From NCBI GenBank assembly GCA_965205485.1, contig OZ242180.1, positions 3,008,001 to 3,072,000 on the forward strand: 64,000 nt of DNA. Reading direction: 5' to 3'. This document shows, in pieces, positions 37,309-48,230 of the stretch. Numbering within the stretch: position 1 is the first letter of the stretch; each line of letters begins with the position of its first letter. Below the pieces are notes generated by a model. That model was not told the origin of the DNA and did not search any database. It was given only the letters and a program-made list of their open reading frames with translations. A program made the translations under genes and the position numbers. The stretch comes from Candidatus Latescibacterota bacterium (GTDB lineage: Bacteria; Latescibacterota; UBA2968; GCA-2709665).

Positions 37309-40290
37309 ATGTGGCAGTTGAATCTCTCAGGTCTGGGGTCGATGGGATGGGCGGTTGCACTACCCGGGGTACAGTCGGCGTTGATCGACGTGTGTTTCTT
37401 GAGAATCCACATTCTCGTGTTCCTGTTCATCCTTCCCGCGATACTGCTGGCGGCATCCAGGAGCGCATGCGCCGGACCCCGGACATTGTACAAATCCGCG
37501 GACATTGAAAACGCTCGCCGAAACGTGGCGCAATACGATTGGGCGAAGGGAATCGTGGAGGGATGGGAGAGAGATGTCGCGCTGGCGATGCGGCAGGACC
37601 GCGGGTTTTTCGATACACTGATTCCGGAGTTGACGCCCGGAACCCATTACGGCCAGAACTGCCCCCATTGCGTGGGGAAGCTGTCGCTGATGGGTGGCGG
37701 GCGGTTCAACTGGACCATAGAGCGTCCTGATGAAATCTCGTGCAGTGTCTGCGGGACGGTTTACCCGAATGCGCGGTATCCTGAAACCGGCGTTCTGGAA
37801 TGCCCTCGCATGGGGCAGCGGTTTACGTATTACCAGACGCCTGAAGAAGTGGCCGATCCCGAGAACAGGGCCAATCATGCGCTCAAGTGGCTAGGCGAAC
37901 GTCCCACGATGACGAGTTTCACGGGGCATATTCGAGATTGCAAGGTGGGCTGGGCGACGGGCCAGGCGTTGACGCTGGCGAAGTTGTTTGCCGTTTCAGG
38001 CGATGCCAGGTACGCTGAACGGGTGGTCTGGATTCTGGATCGATTCGCTCGTGTCTATCCGAATTATCTCTATCATTCGTACGACGGCAGTATCGCCGAC
38101 CTGCCGCCCGCGGAAGTGGCGGCCAATATGGGCGGGGAGGAGTTGGCGGGAGGACCCGCGGGCGGGCGCTTTCCGCCTGGTGCTGTACGGCACGCTTACG
38201 GCTTGCATCAATATGAAACGCATTCCACACTGAACAATGGGTTCTGGGGCGCGGGGCGCCTGCGCGTGCACGGGAAGGGGAGCGATGCCGGCCCGCTCTT
38301 CTCGATGCTCGTCGCGTATGACCTGGTCCGCGAAGCGTCCTACCCGGACGGCCGCCGCGTGCTGGATGAAGTCACGGAACGCCGCATCGTGGATGATCTG
38401 ATGCTGGCCGGTTGCGCGGATATGGAGCACTGGAACTCTCTCTCCAACAAGGGCACCGCCGTATTTGTATTGAGCTCCGGAGTCGGGATGCTTTTTGGGC
38501 AGCCGGACCGTGTCCGACACGCGCTGGACGGCTTCCGCCGAATGCTGGATGAGCGCTACCACCACGATGGATTCTACGCCGAATGTCCGTCCTATTCGGC
38601 CCACAACCTTTCAAATGTGCACGAACTGGCCGACCTGCTCCATGGATACAGCGACCCGCCCGGGTATTTACCCGATGAAGGAAAGTGGATTGATTCGCTG
38701 GACATGTTCTCCAGTGGGCGTTTTCATGATTCGCTGGTGTCACTGGTCAGATCGCTGGCGCCCGGAAACCGGATGCCTGTGATCGGAGATACGCAATACA
38801 TCGCGACGGCGGACCTTCTTTCCCTGGAGATGCTGGCTGCTCGCCTCGGGGGGGCTTATGCTGGATTGCTGGAGCAGGTTCAAGGCGCGAAATTGTCCGA
38901 AAGAGGCAGGGAGTATGCGTTGTGGTATCGTCCCTTCGATCTTCGCGCGGCCACGGCCGGGTTGCCGCTGCGTTCCGAGTGGTTTCCTGGCTGGCATGTC
39001 GGGGTATTGCGTGGGGGCAGGGACGGGAACGACACCGCCCTGTACCTGAATGGCAACGAACATCAGTGGACGGTGCAGACAGGTCATCGGCATCAGGATG
39101 TCTTGAGTTTAAGCCTCTATGGCTTTGGCGAAGAACTGGCGTCGGACCGCGGTTATTTTTCCGGCAGCGATCAGCGGCTTCCGGACGGAAGGAGCGGTCA
39201 GAGATGGATGAAGAGCACCCTTTCCCACAATCTGGTGGTTGTCGACGAGGAAGATCAGCGGAGAAGCGATTGCGGCTCGAATCTCGAGCTTTTTGGCCTG
39301 GCGCCGGGCATCGAGGTCGTGCAGGCTTCGGGGGTAAACGTCTATCCGCAGTGCGACGTCTATCAGCGTCTCTGCGTTATGGTGGATGCGGCTGAGGGTC
39401 AGACTTATGCCGTTGACATCTTCCGGGTCAGCGGAGGAAAAATCCATCAGTACGGCTTTCAGTGCAACGGAACGCTGGCGGGCGGTGTGCCCGACTTTTC
39501 CACGTACGATTCGGTAAGACTCTCGGATGTCTGGGCCGAGTGGCTTGAGAATCCACGGGCGATTTCACCGGAGAAGACAACGGCGATTACATGGCAACAT
39601 CGGGGGATAAACCTGGACTTGATGGTGCTCAATACACCGCAACGACTGACGCTCGCCGATGCCCCGGGCTGGCGGATATTCACGACTGAAGAATTGAAAC
39701 AGCCCTCCGTGGGGCATATTCTGGCGGAGAATCGGTCTGGTCACGAGGGCACGCCGCTCTCGAGCCGGTATGTCGCGTTAATCGCACCTTACGTTTCCGG
39801 AAGCTCGCCCGTTGTCAGTGCGCGATTGATCGAAGACGATCCTGAGTCCGGCGCAGTGGCCATTGAGGTCCAGTTGGCAGGCCGCACGGACTACTTCATT
39901 TCTTCGATGGACCAGGAGCAGCGCCAGTATGGTCCCGTGCGCCTGGCGGGCCGATTCGGATTTGCATCGGTGGACGAGCAGGGTCGCGCCATGCGGGCTT
40001 ATCTGTTGGACGGAACGGAGTTGACCTGCGGCGAACTGACCGTTTCACTGGCCGAGGCAAGCACGACCGTGAGCGTCCGGTCCGTCGAAGCGCGGACGTT
40101 CCATATTGCGGAACCGTTATCCGATCCCGAGCGCGTCGTTGGTGCCTATCTGCTGACCGGCACGACGCCACAGACGGGATTCGAGATTGAATCGGCCACC
40201 GAGAACGCCATTACCGTTCGGGACTATCCGGCAATTCCAACCGAAACGGTGACAATATTGAATTCCGGTTGGAGAGAGGCGAAAAAATGA
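37309..40290 (+). CDS. Heparinase II/III-like protein, probably secreted (true start may be about 80 nt downstream)
   Basis: Hydrophobic leader, CPHC…CSVC, GHRHQDVLSL, SHNLVVVD, YAVDIFRVSGG. Confidence 0.75.
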   Translation: MWQLNLSGLGSMGWAVALPGVQSALIDVCFLRIHILVFLFILPAILLAASRSACAGPRTLYKSADIENARRNVAQYDWAKGIVEGWERDVALAMRQDRGFFDTLIPELTPGTHYGQNCPHCVGKLSLMGGGRFNWTIERPDEISCSVCGTVYPNARYPETGVLECPRMGQRFTYYQTPEEVADPENRANHALKWLGERPTMTSFTGHIRDCKVGWATGQALTLAKLFAVSGDARYAERVVWILDRFARVYPNYLYHSYDGSIADLPPAEVAANMGGEELAGGPAGGRFPPGAVRHAYGLHQYETHSTLNNGFWGAGRLRVHGKGSDAGPLFSMLVAYDLVREASYPDGRRVLDEVTERRIVDDLMLAGCADMEHWNSLSNKGTAVFVLSSGVGMLFGQPDRVRHALDGFRRMLDERYHHDGFYAECPSYSAHNLSNVHELADLLHGYSDPPGYLPDEGKWIDSLDMFSSGRFHDSLVSLVRSLAPGNRMPVIGDTQYIATADLLSLEMLAARLGGAYAGLLEQVQGAKLSERGREYALWYRPFDLRAATAGLPLRSEWFPGWHVGVLRGGRDGNDTALYLNGNEHQWTVQTGHRHQDVLSLSLYGFGEELASDRGYFSGSDQRLPDGRSGQRWMKSTLSHNLVVVDEEDQRRSDCGSNLELFGLAPGIEVVQASGVNVYPQCDVYQRLCVMVDAAEGQTYAVDIFRVSGGKIHQYGFQCNGTLAGGVPDFSTYDSVRLSDVWAEWLENPRAISPEKTTAITWQHRGINLDLMVLNTPQRLTLADAPGWRIFTTEELKQPSVGHILAENRSGHEGTPLSSRYVALIAPYVSGSSPVVSARLIEDDPESGAVAIEVQLAGRTDYFISSMDQEQRQYGPVRLAGRFGFASVDEQGRAMRAYLLDGTELTCGELTVSLAEASTTVSVRSVEARTFHIAEPLSDPERVVGAYLLTGTTPQTGFEIESATENAITVRDYPAIPTETVTILNSGWREAKK

Positions 40291-40369
40291 GACCCCGACC
40301 GTCATGATCATACAGGCGGTTTTTCAGTATTGCGGGCTTTTTTCAGGGAATCACAGGGGAGAGAATTCT

Positions 40370-41407
40370 ATGCGGATCTTCGATCGATATTCGGATCTGT
40401 TGAGTTACGTGGAAACCAGGGGTTTTCGCCCGGAAATACTCGGCTGTGCGCCGGACAAAGCGCCGGTCGTGTGCCTGAGAACCGGGGGAGAGAAACTGCC
40501 GGCGATATTCATCAGCGCGGGCAGCCATTCCACGGAACAGGCGGGCGTCGGTTCTGCCGTCGGGCTTCTGACGGAACTGCAGACCGAGCATCAGGTCTAC
40601 GTGATTCCCAGTCGAGATCCCATAGGGATGAACGGGTACGGGTACGCGTTGAGCCTGGGTCTGGGCGAGGAACCGGAGGTGGGTTCGGTCGAGGATGTTC
40701 GGACACTTCTGAAGTCGCGGGGCGAAGTTCTTTACGAACAGGAAGATACGGTTCTCGCAATTATAGGTGAGTACGGGTATTCGACGACGGGCCTACTCGG
40801 GTGTTTCGAGGTGGGGGCGGAATTCCTGGAACCCCTGTTTGGACGACGGATCTTCTATCCTTCGAGCGAGGCCGGCGTTGAAGGCACCGCGCCTTGTCAG
40901 AGAGCGTATACGCTGATCGTCAGCCCGGAGGGAGAGGTGTTGCACATCAACCGGTTTCATGATACGCCGTGGGCGCCGGTCGAATCCCGGTGCGCGCGGA
41001 ATCTGATGGCGCGGACAAAACCGGGCCTCACGCTGGACCTGCACGAGTATGGCGGCAACGGATTCTGGTTCTCGGCGCGTCACCAGCGAAATGACGTCGA
41101 CGAGACGTGGGAAAAACGAATGGCCGATTCGATGATCCGGGCCGTCGCCGATTCGGGCGCGCAGCTTGCGCCGCAGGGGTACGCGCCGGGTCCGTTCTTC
41201 GAGACGCCTGAGCGCGGCGTACTCTGGCTGATCGCAGCCGAACGCGGCGAAGGGTTGAATCTGGCGGACCACGGAGCGAACAGATACGGGCCCTCGTTCA
41301 CCATAGAGACCGGGATGACGATGAAGGGCGGCTATCGCGAGCGGGTGGAGACGTCCATGCTGGCGGCTCGCACAGCAATTTCCGTGTTCGAGGAACGCTG
41401 GCGATGA
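40370..41407 (+). CDS. M14-like zinc carboxypeptidase/deacylase
   Basis: IFISAGSHSTE (HxxE), VYVIPSRDPIG, INR, LTLDLHE, SFTIET. Confidence 0.65.
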   Translation: MRIFDRYSDLLSYVETRGFRPEILGCAPDKAPVVCLRTGGEKLPAIFISAGSHSTEQAGVGSAVGLLTELQTEHQVYVIPSRDPIGMNGYGYALSLGLGEEPEVGSVEDVRTLLKSRGEVLYEQEDTVLAIIGEYGYSTTGLLGCFEVGAEFLEPLFGRRIFYPSSEAGVEGTAPCQRAYTLIVSPEGEVLHINRFHDTPWAPVESRCARNLMARTKPGLTLDLHEYGGNGFWFSARHQRNDVDETWEKRMADSMIRAVADSGAQLAPQGYAPGPFFETPERGVLWLIAAERGEGLNLADHGANRYGPSFTIETGMTMKGGYRERVETSMLAARTAISVFEERWR

Positions 41408-42603
41408 ACCAGAGCGGGATGGCCGCAGGAATCCACGACTCATGCGAAACCCTGCTTCAGGCGATGGTGGGGTTCGACACCGTGAATTCGGCGATTTCGG
41501 GAAAGCCACACGCCGAGCGGGCGCTGTCGGTGTATATGGAGGGGCAGGCTCTTGCGATGGGGCTGGATACGCGCCGGCTGCCGGTGACGGGGGATGGATT
41601 CAATCTGCTGGTCTCTCAACAGGTGGACGCTCGAGCCCCGTGGCTGCTGTTTGAAAGCCACCTGGATACCGTGAGCGTGGACGGGATGACGGTGGACCCG
41701 TTCGAGGGACGGATTGTAGACGGAAGAATGTACGGCCGGGGGACGTGCGATACGAAGGGAACCGGCGCGGCAATGCTCTGGGCACTTTCACGATACCGTC
41801 GGCGAAACGGCCCGAACAACGTGGCGATCCTGTATACCCTGGACGAAGAGGTCGGGAAGACGGGTGTACGCACGTTTGTGGCGTCGCAAATGCCGGAAAT
41901 GGCCTGGCGGCCGGCGGGTGTGATCGTGGGGGAGCCGACAAGGCTGCGAGCCGTGGTTGCGCACAACGGCGTCGTACGCTGGCGGATTCGGACGGCGGGC
42001 GTGGCGGTTCACTCATCGGATCCCTCCCGTGGGCGGTCCGCCATTCGCATGATGACAAGGGTGATCGGGGCGCTTGAGGAGCGTTACATTTCGCGACTGA
42101 CGTCAGAACATCCGCTCACAGGTGCTGCACAGTGCAGCATCAATCTCATTCGAGGCGGCACCCAGATCAACATGATACCGGAACACTGCGAAATTCACGT
42201 GGACCGGCGGGTGGTACCGGGTGAGGCCCCGGACACGGTCATTCCTGCGGTCGAAGGCGTGCTGGAGGAACTTCGGGTTAGTAATCCGAGTCTGAAGGTC
42301 GTTCAGGAAGCGCCCGATATGGTGGACAGCCCGCTGGATCCCGCCGGAGGGGAAGCGTTCGGCGCTTTTGTAGCAACTGTGTTGAATTCAATGGGGCTGC
42401 CGGACGGCCTGTCCGGCGTCGGCTATGGTACGGACGCCAGCAGCTTCAGCCGTGCGGGGATCCCGGCGGTGGTCCTCGGGCCGGGCGACATTGCGCAGGG
42501 ACACACGGCGGACGAGTGGATCGATCTTGGACAGTTGAACTCAGGCGTTGACGTGTATTACAACCTGATGCGTTCACCGGTGATTGGGCAAGCAACCCCA
42601 TAA
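41404..42603 (+). CDS. M20 metallopeptidase (ArgE/DapE-like)
   Basis: ESHLDTV, YGRGTCDTKG, DEEVG, IVGEPT, GPGDIAQGHTADEW. ATGA overlap with the upstream gene. Confidence 0.92.
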   Translation: MNQSGMAAGIHDSCETLLQAMVGFDTVNSAISGKPHAERALSVYMEGQALAMGLDTRRLPVTGDGFNLLVSQQVDARAPWLLFESHLDTVSVDGMTVDPFEGRIVDGRMYGRGTCDTKGTGAAMLWALSRYRRRNGPNNVAILYTLDEEVGKTGVRTFVASQMPEMAWRPAGVIVGEPTRLRAVVAHNGVVRWRIRTAGVAVHSSDPSRGRSAIRMMTRVIGALEERYISRLTSEHPLTGAAQCSINLIRGGTQINMIPEHCEIHVDRRVVPGEAPDTVIPAVEGVLEELRVSNPSLKVVQEAPDMVDSPLDPAGGEAFGAFVATVLNSMGLPDGLSGVGYGTDASSFSRAGIPAVVLGPGDIAQGHTADEWIDLGQLNSGVDVYYNLMRSPVIGQATP

Positions 42604-42766
42604 GGCAGAAAAGGGTAGTCTTCGGGTCTGTTCTGGAATCTGATTGGGGCCACCACGACGACATCTCGTCGTTCATCAAGTTTCTGATCCTTGAGAAAAT
42701 GGCCAATCCTGAAGTGATACCGGAGTCATTTGGCGACGTCTGACAACGTCGTTGCGATCAATATGC

Positions 42767-42802
42767 GAAAGCCCGGCGGGGAATGACCTGCCGAGCTTTC
42801 TT
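42767..42802. terminator. Possible bidirectional terminator
   Basis: GAAAGCCCGGCGGG-gaatga-CCTGCCGAGCTTTC hairpin between convergent M20 and BrnA-like genes. Confidence 0.55.
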
Positions 42803-42953
42803 AGAGATTTATTGAAGTGAGGGCCGAAGACTGATTGAGTGCATCAATGGGGATTGATCCAGGAATCGTATCTGGAGGGCGCGGCTGGGTGGTTCGGGAT
42901 TGCGTTTCGAGAGACTACGCCATATTCGGGACGGACTGACATCATTCCAAATG

Positions 42954-43482
<529 letters not shown>

Positions 43483-43773
43483 TTACTTTTCCCATTAAAT
43501 CCTTATCAATACTCAAAAATAGGCAAAATTCAATCGTACAACAAGGGAAGAAATCCGAACCAACCCCTGGAAATCGGCGTCAGCGTCTCAAATAAAGCAT
43601 GTTATCACACCTGACCGAACCCGTCGTTCCTGGATAATCTCATTGCGGACCTGCAGTCTTCTCGTTACGGGTGGCCGCGGAACCTGGTAAAGCCCGAAGT
43701 CGCTACAACGGCCGCGAGCGCCCTGCGACCGAAGGCAATCTTCCCGCTAACACGGCATGATCCACCAATATCC

Positions 43774-43922
43774 GGAGCGAGGGCATCCTGCCCTCGAACT
43801 TCGTGTGACCTATCAATACCCGAATCAAGGGCTTATTGTTTCCCTTGCATCCGAAATCAATTTGAAAATGATGGCGCCAGGACCTTGCGAATCAGCCGTC
43901 GAGGGCAGGATGCCCTCGCTCC
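43774..43922. repeat. REPIN-like inverted REP doublet
   Basis: GGAGCGAGGGCATCCTGCCCTCGA (43774-43797) and its exact reverse complement (43899-43922). Each copy is itself a hairpin. Confidence 0.8.
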
Positions 43923-43990
43923 CGGGAACGCCAACCGCACCAATCCCAGATCGGTTGCTGTTATGGACAGCCGTGACAAGCCATAGGTCG

Positions 43991-46921
43991 CTAATTCCCA
44001 ACGCCGGGCTCGACGGTTTCGGGAGCTGAGTCACCCTGATCTTCAGGAAGCGCGAACACGATGCGCTGGGACATCCAAACGGGGACGGGCTTGCCACCGA
44101 TCTCAGCAGGTTTGAACCGGAATTGATTAACCGCATCAATCGCTGGTTGGCGGAATACGTCATCGCCCTTCAATACTTTTGCGTCGCTCACGGTTCCATC
44201 TACATTAATCTTGAATTTCAGGAAGACTTTGCCTGTCAACCCTGCCCTTTTTGCGTGATCCGGATATACCGGCCGTACGGTACGCAGGTTCACGTTGACA
44301 GGTTTCACGTCGACGTCCCAAAACTCGAAGACCTTGTCATTGCCAATTTCGCTTCTGTCGGTAGACGCTTCGTCCCGGTGTTCCGAGGGCGCGAACGCAA
44401 AATGGTGTGTCATCCGCACCGCGACGGGCTTGCCTTCGTGTTCAGCAGGTTTGTACAGAAATTGTCTAACTGCATCGATCGCAGGTTTACGAAATATCTC
44501 ACCGCCCTTCAGGACAAATGCGTCTACGTCGCTCACGGTACCATCCACGGTGACCGTGAACTTCATGGCCACGTCTCCCGCCAGGCCTGCTTCTTTCGCG
44601 ATGTCGGGATAAACCGGTTGAACTGAATGAATGACGACGGGCTTTGAGTCTACCGACCGGAACTGAAACACATTCTCGCTGGCGGCATCGCCTGCGCCGG
44701 GAGACGAAGTGGTCATCGGTTTGGGCGGGTTGAAACTGATCCGGTGCGTCATCCACACCGCGACAGGTTTGCCTTCACGTTCCCCAGGTTTGAACCTGAA
44801 TTGTGAAATGGCATCAACGGCAGATTTCACAAATACCGATCGACCATCGAGGACACGTACGTCGGTCACTGATCCATCCACGTTGACTTTGAACTTCAAA
44901 TTCACAATTCCCTTTTCCCCTCCGGTAAATCGTGCCCATTCGGGATAGACTGGTTGAACGGAATGTATGACGTTCGGCTCTACGTCTACCGACGAGATAT
45001 CGAATACCTTATCACCGTCGGGATCGCTTGAGCCAGGAGGCGGCATGGCCTTTGGTTTGGGTCGGCCAAACCTGATCACGTGCGACATCCACACCGCGAC
45101 AGGTTTGCCTTCGCGTTCCGCAGGTTTGAACCTGAACTGCGAAATCGCATCGATGGCAGGTTTCGTAAATACCGGCTGGCCCCTGAGGACACGGATAGCA
45201 CTCACCGAACCGTCGACGTTGACTTTAAACCTTAAGAACACGTTTCCCGACAAGCCTGCTTTCTTTGCTTCGTCGGGATAATCCGGCGCAACGGAACGCA
45301 GGAGGACAGGTTTTACGTCTGCCGACCAGAATTCCAGGACATTCGCATTGACACGACCTTCCAGCTTCTCCTTGTGCGCCGCTCTGGGATATTCGGGGGT
45401 AACGATTCGTACTGATCTGGATTTTGATTCCGTCTGGTCGGAAGCAAGAATGCCTCCCAAGCCGGTATCACGGAAATTCGTAGAATTCGGCGTCTGCAGT
45501 CTCTTTTTCGTAGGGTAATTGTAGTATGAGATTTCTTTGGTAAACCAGACCGTCGCATTTTCGCTGTCCTGTTTCACTGGTTCAAATCTCACTCGCGAAA
45601 CGCTGTCGATTACGGCGTTCTTGAATCCTGCCGGTCCTTCGACATTCAAGACCTTCATATCACACACCGAGCCGTCGTCCGCGTAAGCCCGTACTCTCAA
45701 GGCTACAGTGACGTCGAAATTCGCGTCAGGCGCCATATCTGAATTCGCAAATCGCGCCAGTATTTCGCTGATAACAACTGAACTTTTCTGCTGTCCAACG
45801 GTAATGGGCCTCGTTTTGACTTTAGCCTCGTCGTCGTTCGGGACTCCAACAGCAACAGTGTCCGAATTGCCCGAAAATGGTGGTTCGGTATGTTGCTCGT
45901 GTCTAAGTTCGCTCCCTCCGCCACCCTCGGAAGGGTTCAGGGCCGACGGTCCATTCTCATCCTGCGTATATGCCTCTCGGATCGAGAGCGGCACAATCAT
46001 CAGGCCGACGAGAACGAGCGCAGCCACCTGCCGTTTCGACCGTTTGATTCGCCCTTCCTTGAAGCCGAGGACGTGCTCAAGGCGTTTCTTCAGCGTCGTT
46101 CCCCGATCGGTGAAGAATACGGTCAGGGCGCTCGGTGTTGGTCGCCTGTCGACCAATCCCAGAAGCAGACGTCCGTATTCGGCGGGTGTCAGGTTCGTTT
46201 CGCGCAGGACCGCTTCGTCGCAGCGCAGTTCCCGGACTAACATCAGGCGGCGGTTCAACAGCCAGATCAATGGGTTTACGCCGAAGAGAGCCGTTGCCAT
46301 GGCTTGCAGAATGAGGACGTGAATGTCGCGTTTTTCAAAATGCGCCAGTTCGTGCCTGACGACGCCTCGCAGCTCTTCGGACGACCAGGAAGACCACTTC
46401 GAGGGCAAGAACAGCCGAGGTCTTGTCAGGCCCACCAGGATGGGAGAAGGCAGGTCCGTTTTGGAAAAGACCTCCAGGTTGGGTGGCGCATTCAGTGAGG
46501 GAGCTAGGTCCACCGGGTTTGCCGGTTTCAGCGTGCGGCGGAAGGCCGCGTTCTTCCACAGCGCCACACCAGTCCAGACCAGGACTGAGAGTGTCCAGAG
46601 ACAGAACAGATAGAACGCCGGTGGAAAGGTAGTCACTGGTTCGGGAGAGACTGCGACAGCCCCAGATACGACTCCGTAATATACGGGTTCATCCAATGCG
46701 ACAGTTGCTGGAGAAACGAGAAATGCAGGTATTGGAATAGCCAGAACCGGCGGTACAAACACCTTCGCCAGCGCCAGCAGATAGAGCGCGTATCTCAATC
46801 GCGTCTCCAGCGTCAGCCACCGGTCCACGGCCCATACCAGCGAAATGAACAGCGAGATTTCGACCATGTGTACCGCATAATACGGCCACCACGATTCGGC
46901 CAGATGGATTAATGTGTTCAC
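43991..46921 (-). CDS. BlaR1-like M56 metallopeptidase fused to multiple TonB C-terminal domains
   Basis: N-terminal TM helices, HELAHFEKRD, NPLIW…RELRCD…YGRLL…LKKRL. Then four intact YP…G.V..KF.V.VDG.V…AIDA..QFRFKP repeats, plus one degenerate repeat and a stub. Confidence 0.88.
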   Translation of the reverse strand: MNTLIHLAESWWPYYAVHMVEISLFISLVWAVDRWLTLETRLRYALYLLALAKVFVPPVLAIPIPAFLVSPATVALDEPVYYGVVSGAVAVSPEPVTTFPPAFYLFCLWTLSVLVWTGVALWKNAAFRRTLKPANPVDLAPSLNAPPNLEVFSKTDLPSPILVGLTRPRLFLPSKWSSWSSEELRGVVRHELAHFEKRDIHVLILQAMATALFGVNPLIWLLNRRLMLVRELRCDEAVLRETNLTPAEYGRLLLGLVDRRPTPSALTVFFTDRGTTLKKRLEHVLGFKEGRIKRSKRQVAALVLVGLMIVPLSIREAYTQDENGPSALNPSEGGGGSELRHEQHTEPPFSGNSDTVAVGVPNDDEAKVKTRPITVGQQKSSVVISEILARFANSDMAPDANFDVTVALRVRAYADDGSVCDMKVLNVEGPAGFKNAVIDSVSRVRFEPVKQDSENATVWFTKEISYYNYPTKKRLQTPNSTNFRDTGLGGILASDQTESKSRSVRIVTPEYPRAAHKEKLEGRVNANVLEFWSADVKPVLLRSVAPDYPDEAKKAGLSGNVFLRFKVNVDGSVSAIRVLRGQPVFTKPAIDAISQFRFKPAEREGKPVAVWMSHVIRFGRPKPKAMPPPGSSDPDGDKVFDISSVDVEPNVIHSVQPVYPEWARFTGGEKGIVNLKFKVNVDGSVTDVRVLDGRSVFVKSAVDAISQFRFKPGEREGKPVAVWMTHRISFNPPKPMTTSSPGAGDAASENVFQFRSVDSKPVVIHSVQPVYPDIAKEAGLAGDVAMKFTVTVDGTVSDVDAFVLKGGEIFRKPAIDAVRQFLYKPAEHEGKPVAVRMTHHFAFAPSEHRDEASTDRSEIGNDKVFEFWDVDVKPVNVNLRTVRPVYPDHAKRAGLTGKVFLKFKINVDGTVSDAKVLKGDDVFRQPAIDAVNQFRFKPAEIGGKPVPVWMSQRIVFALPEDQGDSAPETVEPGVGN

Positions 46922-47316
46922 GTTGGACCTCCTTCCTTCGCTTTCTCCCGCTCCTCGATCAGTGCGCGCAATTCATCCAGTTCTTGCTTCGAAAGCTCGC
47001 CCGAATCCACGAGATAGGTCGCCAGCGCGCCAAAGGAGCCCTCGAACATCCGCGACACCAGGGTTCGCGTTTCAGCCTGCGCAACGTCTTCCCTCGACAC
47101 CGCCGGGTTGTACACATTGACCGGACCGATCTTTTCCCGATCCAGCACGCCCTTTTCGGCCAGGATGTTCATGATCGTCTGCACGGTCGTGTAGGCCTTT
47201 TCGCCGTTGGGATAGAGGTGATTCACAACGTCGCGAACAGTGACCTGACGTTCGAACTGCCATACGCCGTCCATCACCTCCCACTCGACCTCGGCCAGCC
47301 TGCGTTTTTGGGCCAT
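46918..47316 (-). CDS. BlaI/MecI/CopY-family transcriptional repressor
   Basis: LAEVEWEVMDGVW…TVRDV…AYTTVQTIMNILAEKG…FEGSFGAL…LSKQELDELRALI. Overlaps the M56 start. AAAGGAGG RBS. Confidence 0.93.
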   Translation of the reverse strand: MAQKRRLAEVEWEVMDGVWQFERQVTVRDVVNHLYPNGEKAYTTVQTIMNILAEKGVLDREKIGPVNVYNPAVSREDVAQAETRTLVSRMFEGSFGALATYLVDSGELSKQELDELRALIEEREKAKEGGPT

Positions 47317-47403
47317 AGGGAACCTCCTTTCGTCTTTGCCGGATTTCCGGTCGTCAATCGCGATGATGCGTTCAGTTCCGTGGTCGGCTGTCGACCGTCG
47401 GGT

Positions 47404-47447
47404 GACCGCAAGGGCCGGCCGCAGCCCGTATGGGCTTCAACGGGCTG
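47404..47447 (-). mobile_element. MITE family C, degenerate partial copy (one end)
   Basis: GACCGCAAGGGCCGGCCGCAGCCCGTATGGGCTTCAACGGGCTG matches the reverse complement of the left end of family C. Followed by CTAA. Confidence 0.7.
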
Positions 47448-47533
47448 CTAAACCCGAGGAGACCTGTTCGATGCCGCAACGCCCTCGTGGACGGCGGGAT
47501 TCCACGACCCTTCCAGTGAACTGCACGATGTAG

Positions 47534-47579
47534 ATTACTAACTTATTAGTAATATGACGAATTAATTAGGAAATGTCAA
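47534..47579 (-). promoter_or_regulatory. Sigma70-type promoter with palindromic operator(s) for the BlaI-like repressor
   Basis: Minus strand TTGACA (47579-47574), 17 nt, CATATT (47556-47551). Palindrome ATTACTAA-N4-TTAGTAAT (47534-47553) and an adjacent degenerate copy (47554-47573). Confidence 0.75.
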
Positions 47580-47702
47580 GGGGGAATTTAAACTATTTTG
47601 GAAATGTGATCCATACGCCGTTGAAAGACTCGATCACAATCTTTCACGCAGCTTTCATTGGGTAAGTCGCTGAGATCCCCCCACCGCATCACCCGTCGCC
47701 GG

Positions 47703-47974
47703 CCCAACAACAGGCTCAGTGCAGCGCCTTCGGCCCTTCGACAAGCTCAGGGACCGAAGGCTAAGGACAACGACTCAGGGACCGCCACCCTATCGGCAAG
47801 CCAATTGCAGGCAGTACAAGCAGGACACGTGCTCACTGAGCGGCTCAGGGCAGGTTATGGGACTCCTAATAGCGGCTTGATGACGTCCAATGAACCAAAT
47901 AACGCGTGGTCATTGAGCTTGTCGAAATGCCCGCGATTCAACAGCCTTTCGACAATCCTTTGACAGACTCAGGA
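47703..47974. repeat. Cluster of TTCGACAAGCTCAG-type REP-like palindromes
   Basis: CCCTTCGACAAGCTCAGGG (from 47734), inverse CATTGAGCTTGTCGAAATG (47911-47929), TCCTTTGACAGACTCAGGA (from 47956), plus degenerate copies. Confidence 0.7.
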
Positions 47975-48230
47975 CAATGGTTCACTGGGTCGACGCGGTT
48001 CACGTGAAATCTCCAGCGGCATCCACTCCTTATTCCTGCCGACCCGGCACAGGCGTCCACGGAAATCTGATTTAAGGTGTGTCTGGACTTCAATTATCGG
48101 TCGTCGTATATTTCGCAATCCGCGGAAGATCGCGGGTCTGTGCGACGTAGGCGTTTGCCGCTGGGCGGACGTGCGCTTGGCGATTTTGGGCGGGATGTAA
48201 CCCTTCCGCCCGCTGCGTGGAGTACCTGGA

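Noticed and set aside
43991..47316. Beta-lactam resistance locus
   Set aside because: No beta-lactamase nearby, and the sensor has TonB-C rather than penicillin-binding domains.
47703..47974. Spaced repeats as a CRISPR array
   Set aside because: Copies are degenerate, in mixed orientation and irregularly spaced, and there are no cas genes; REP-like instead.
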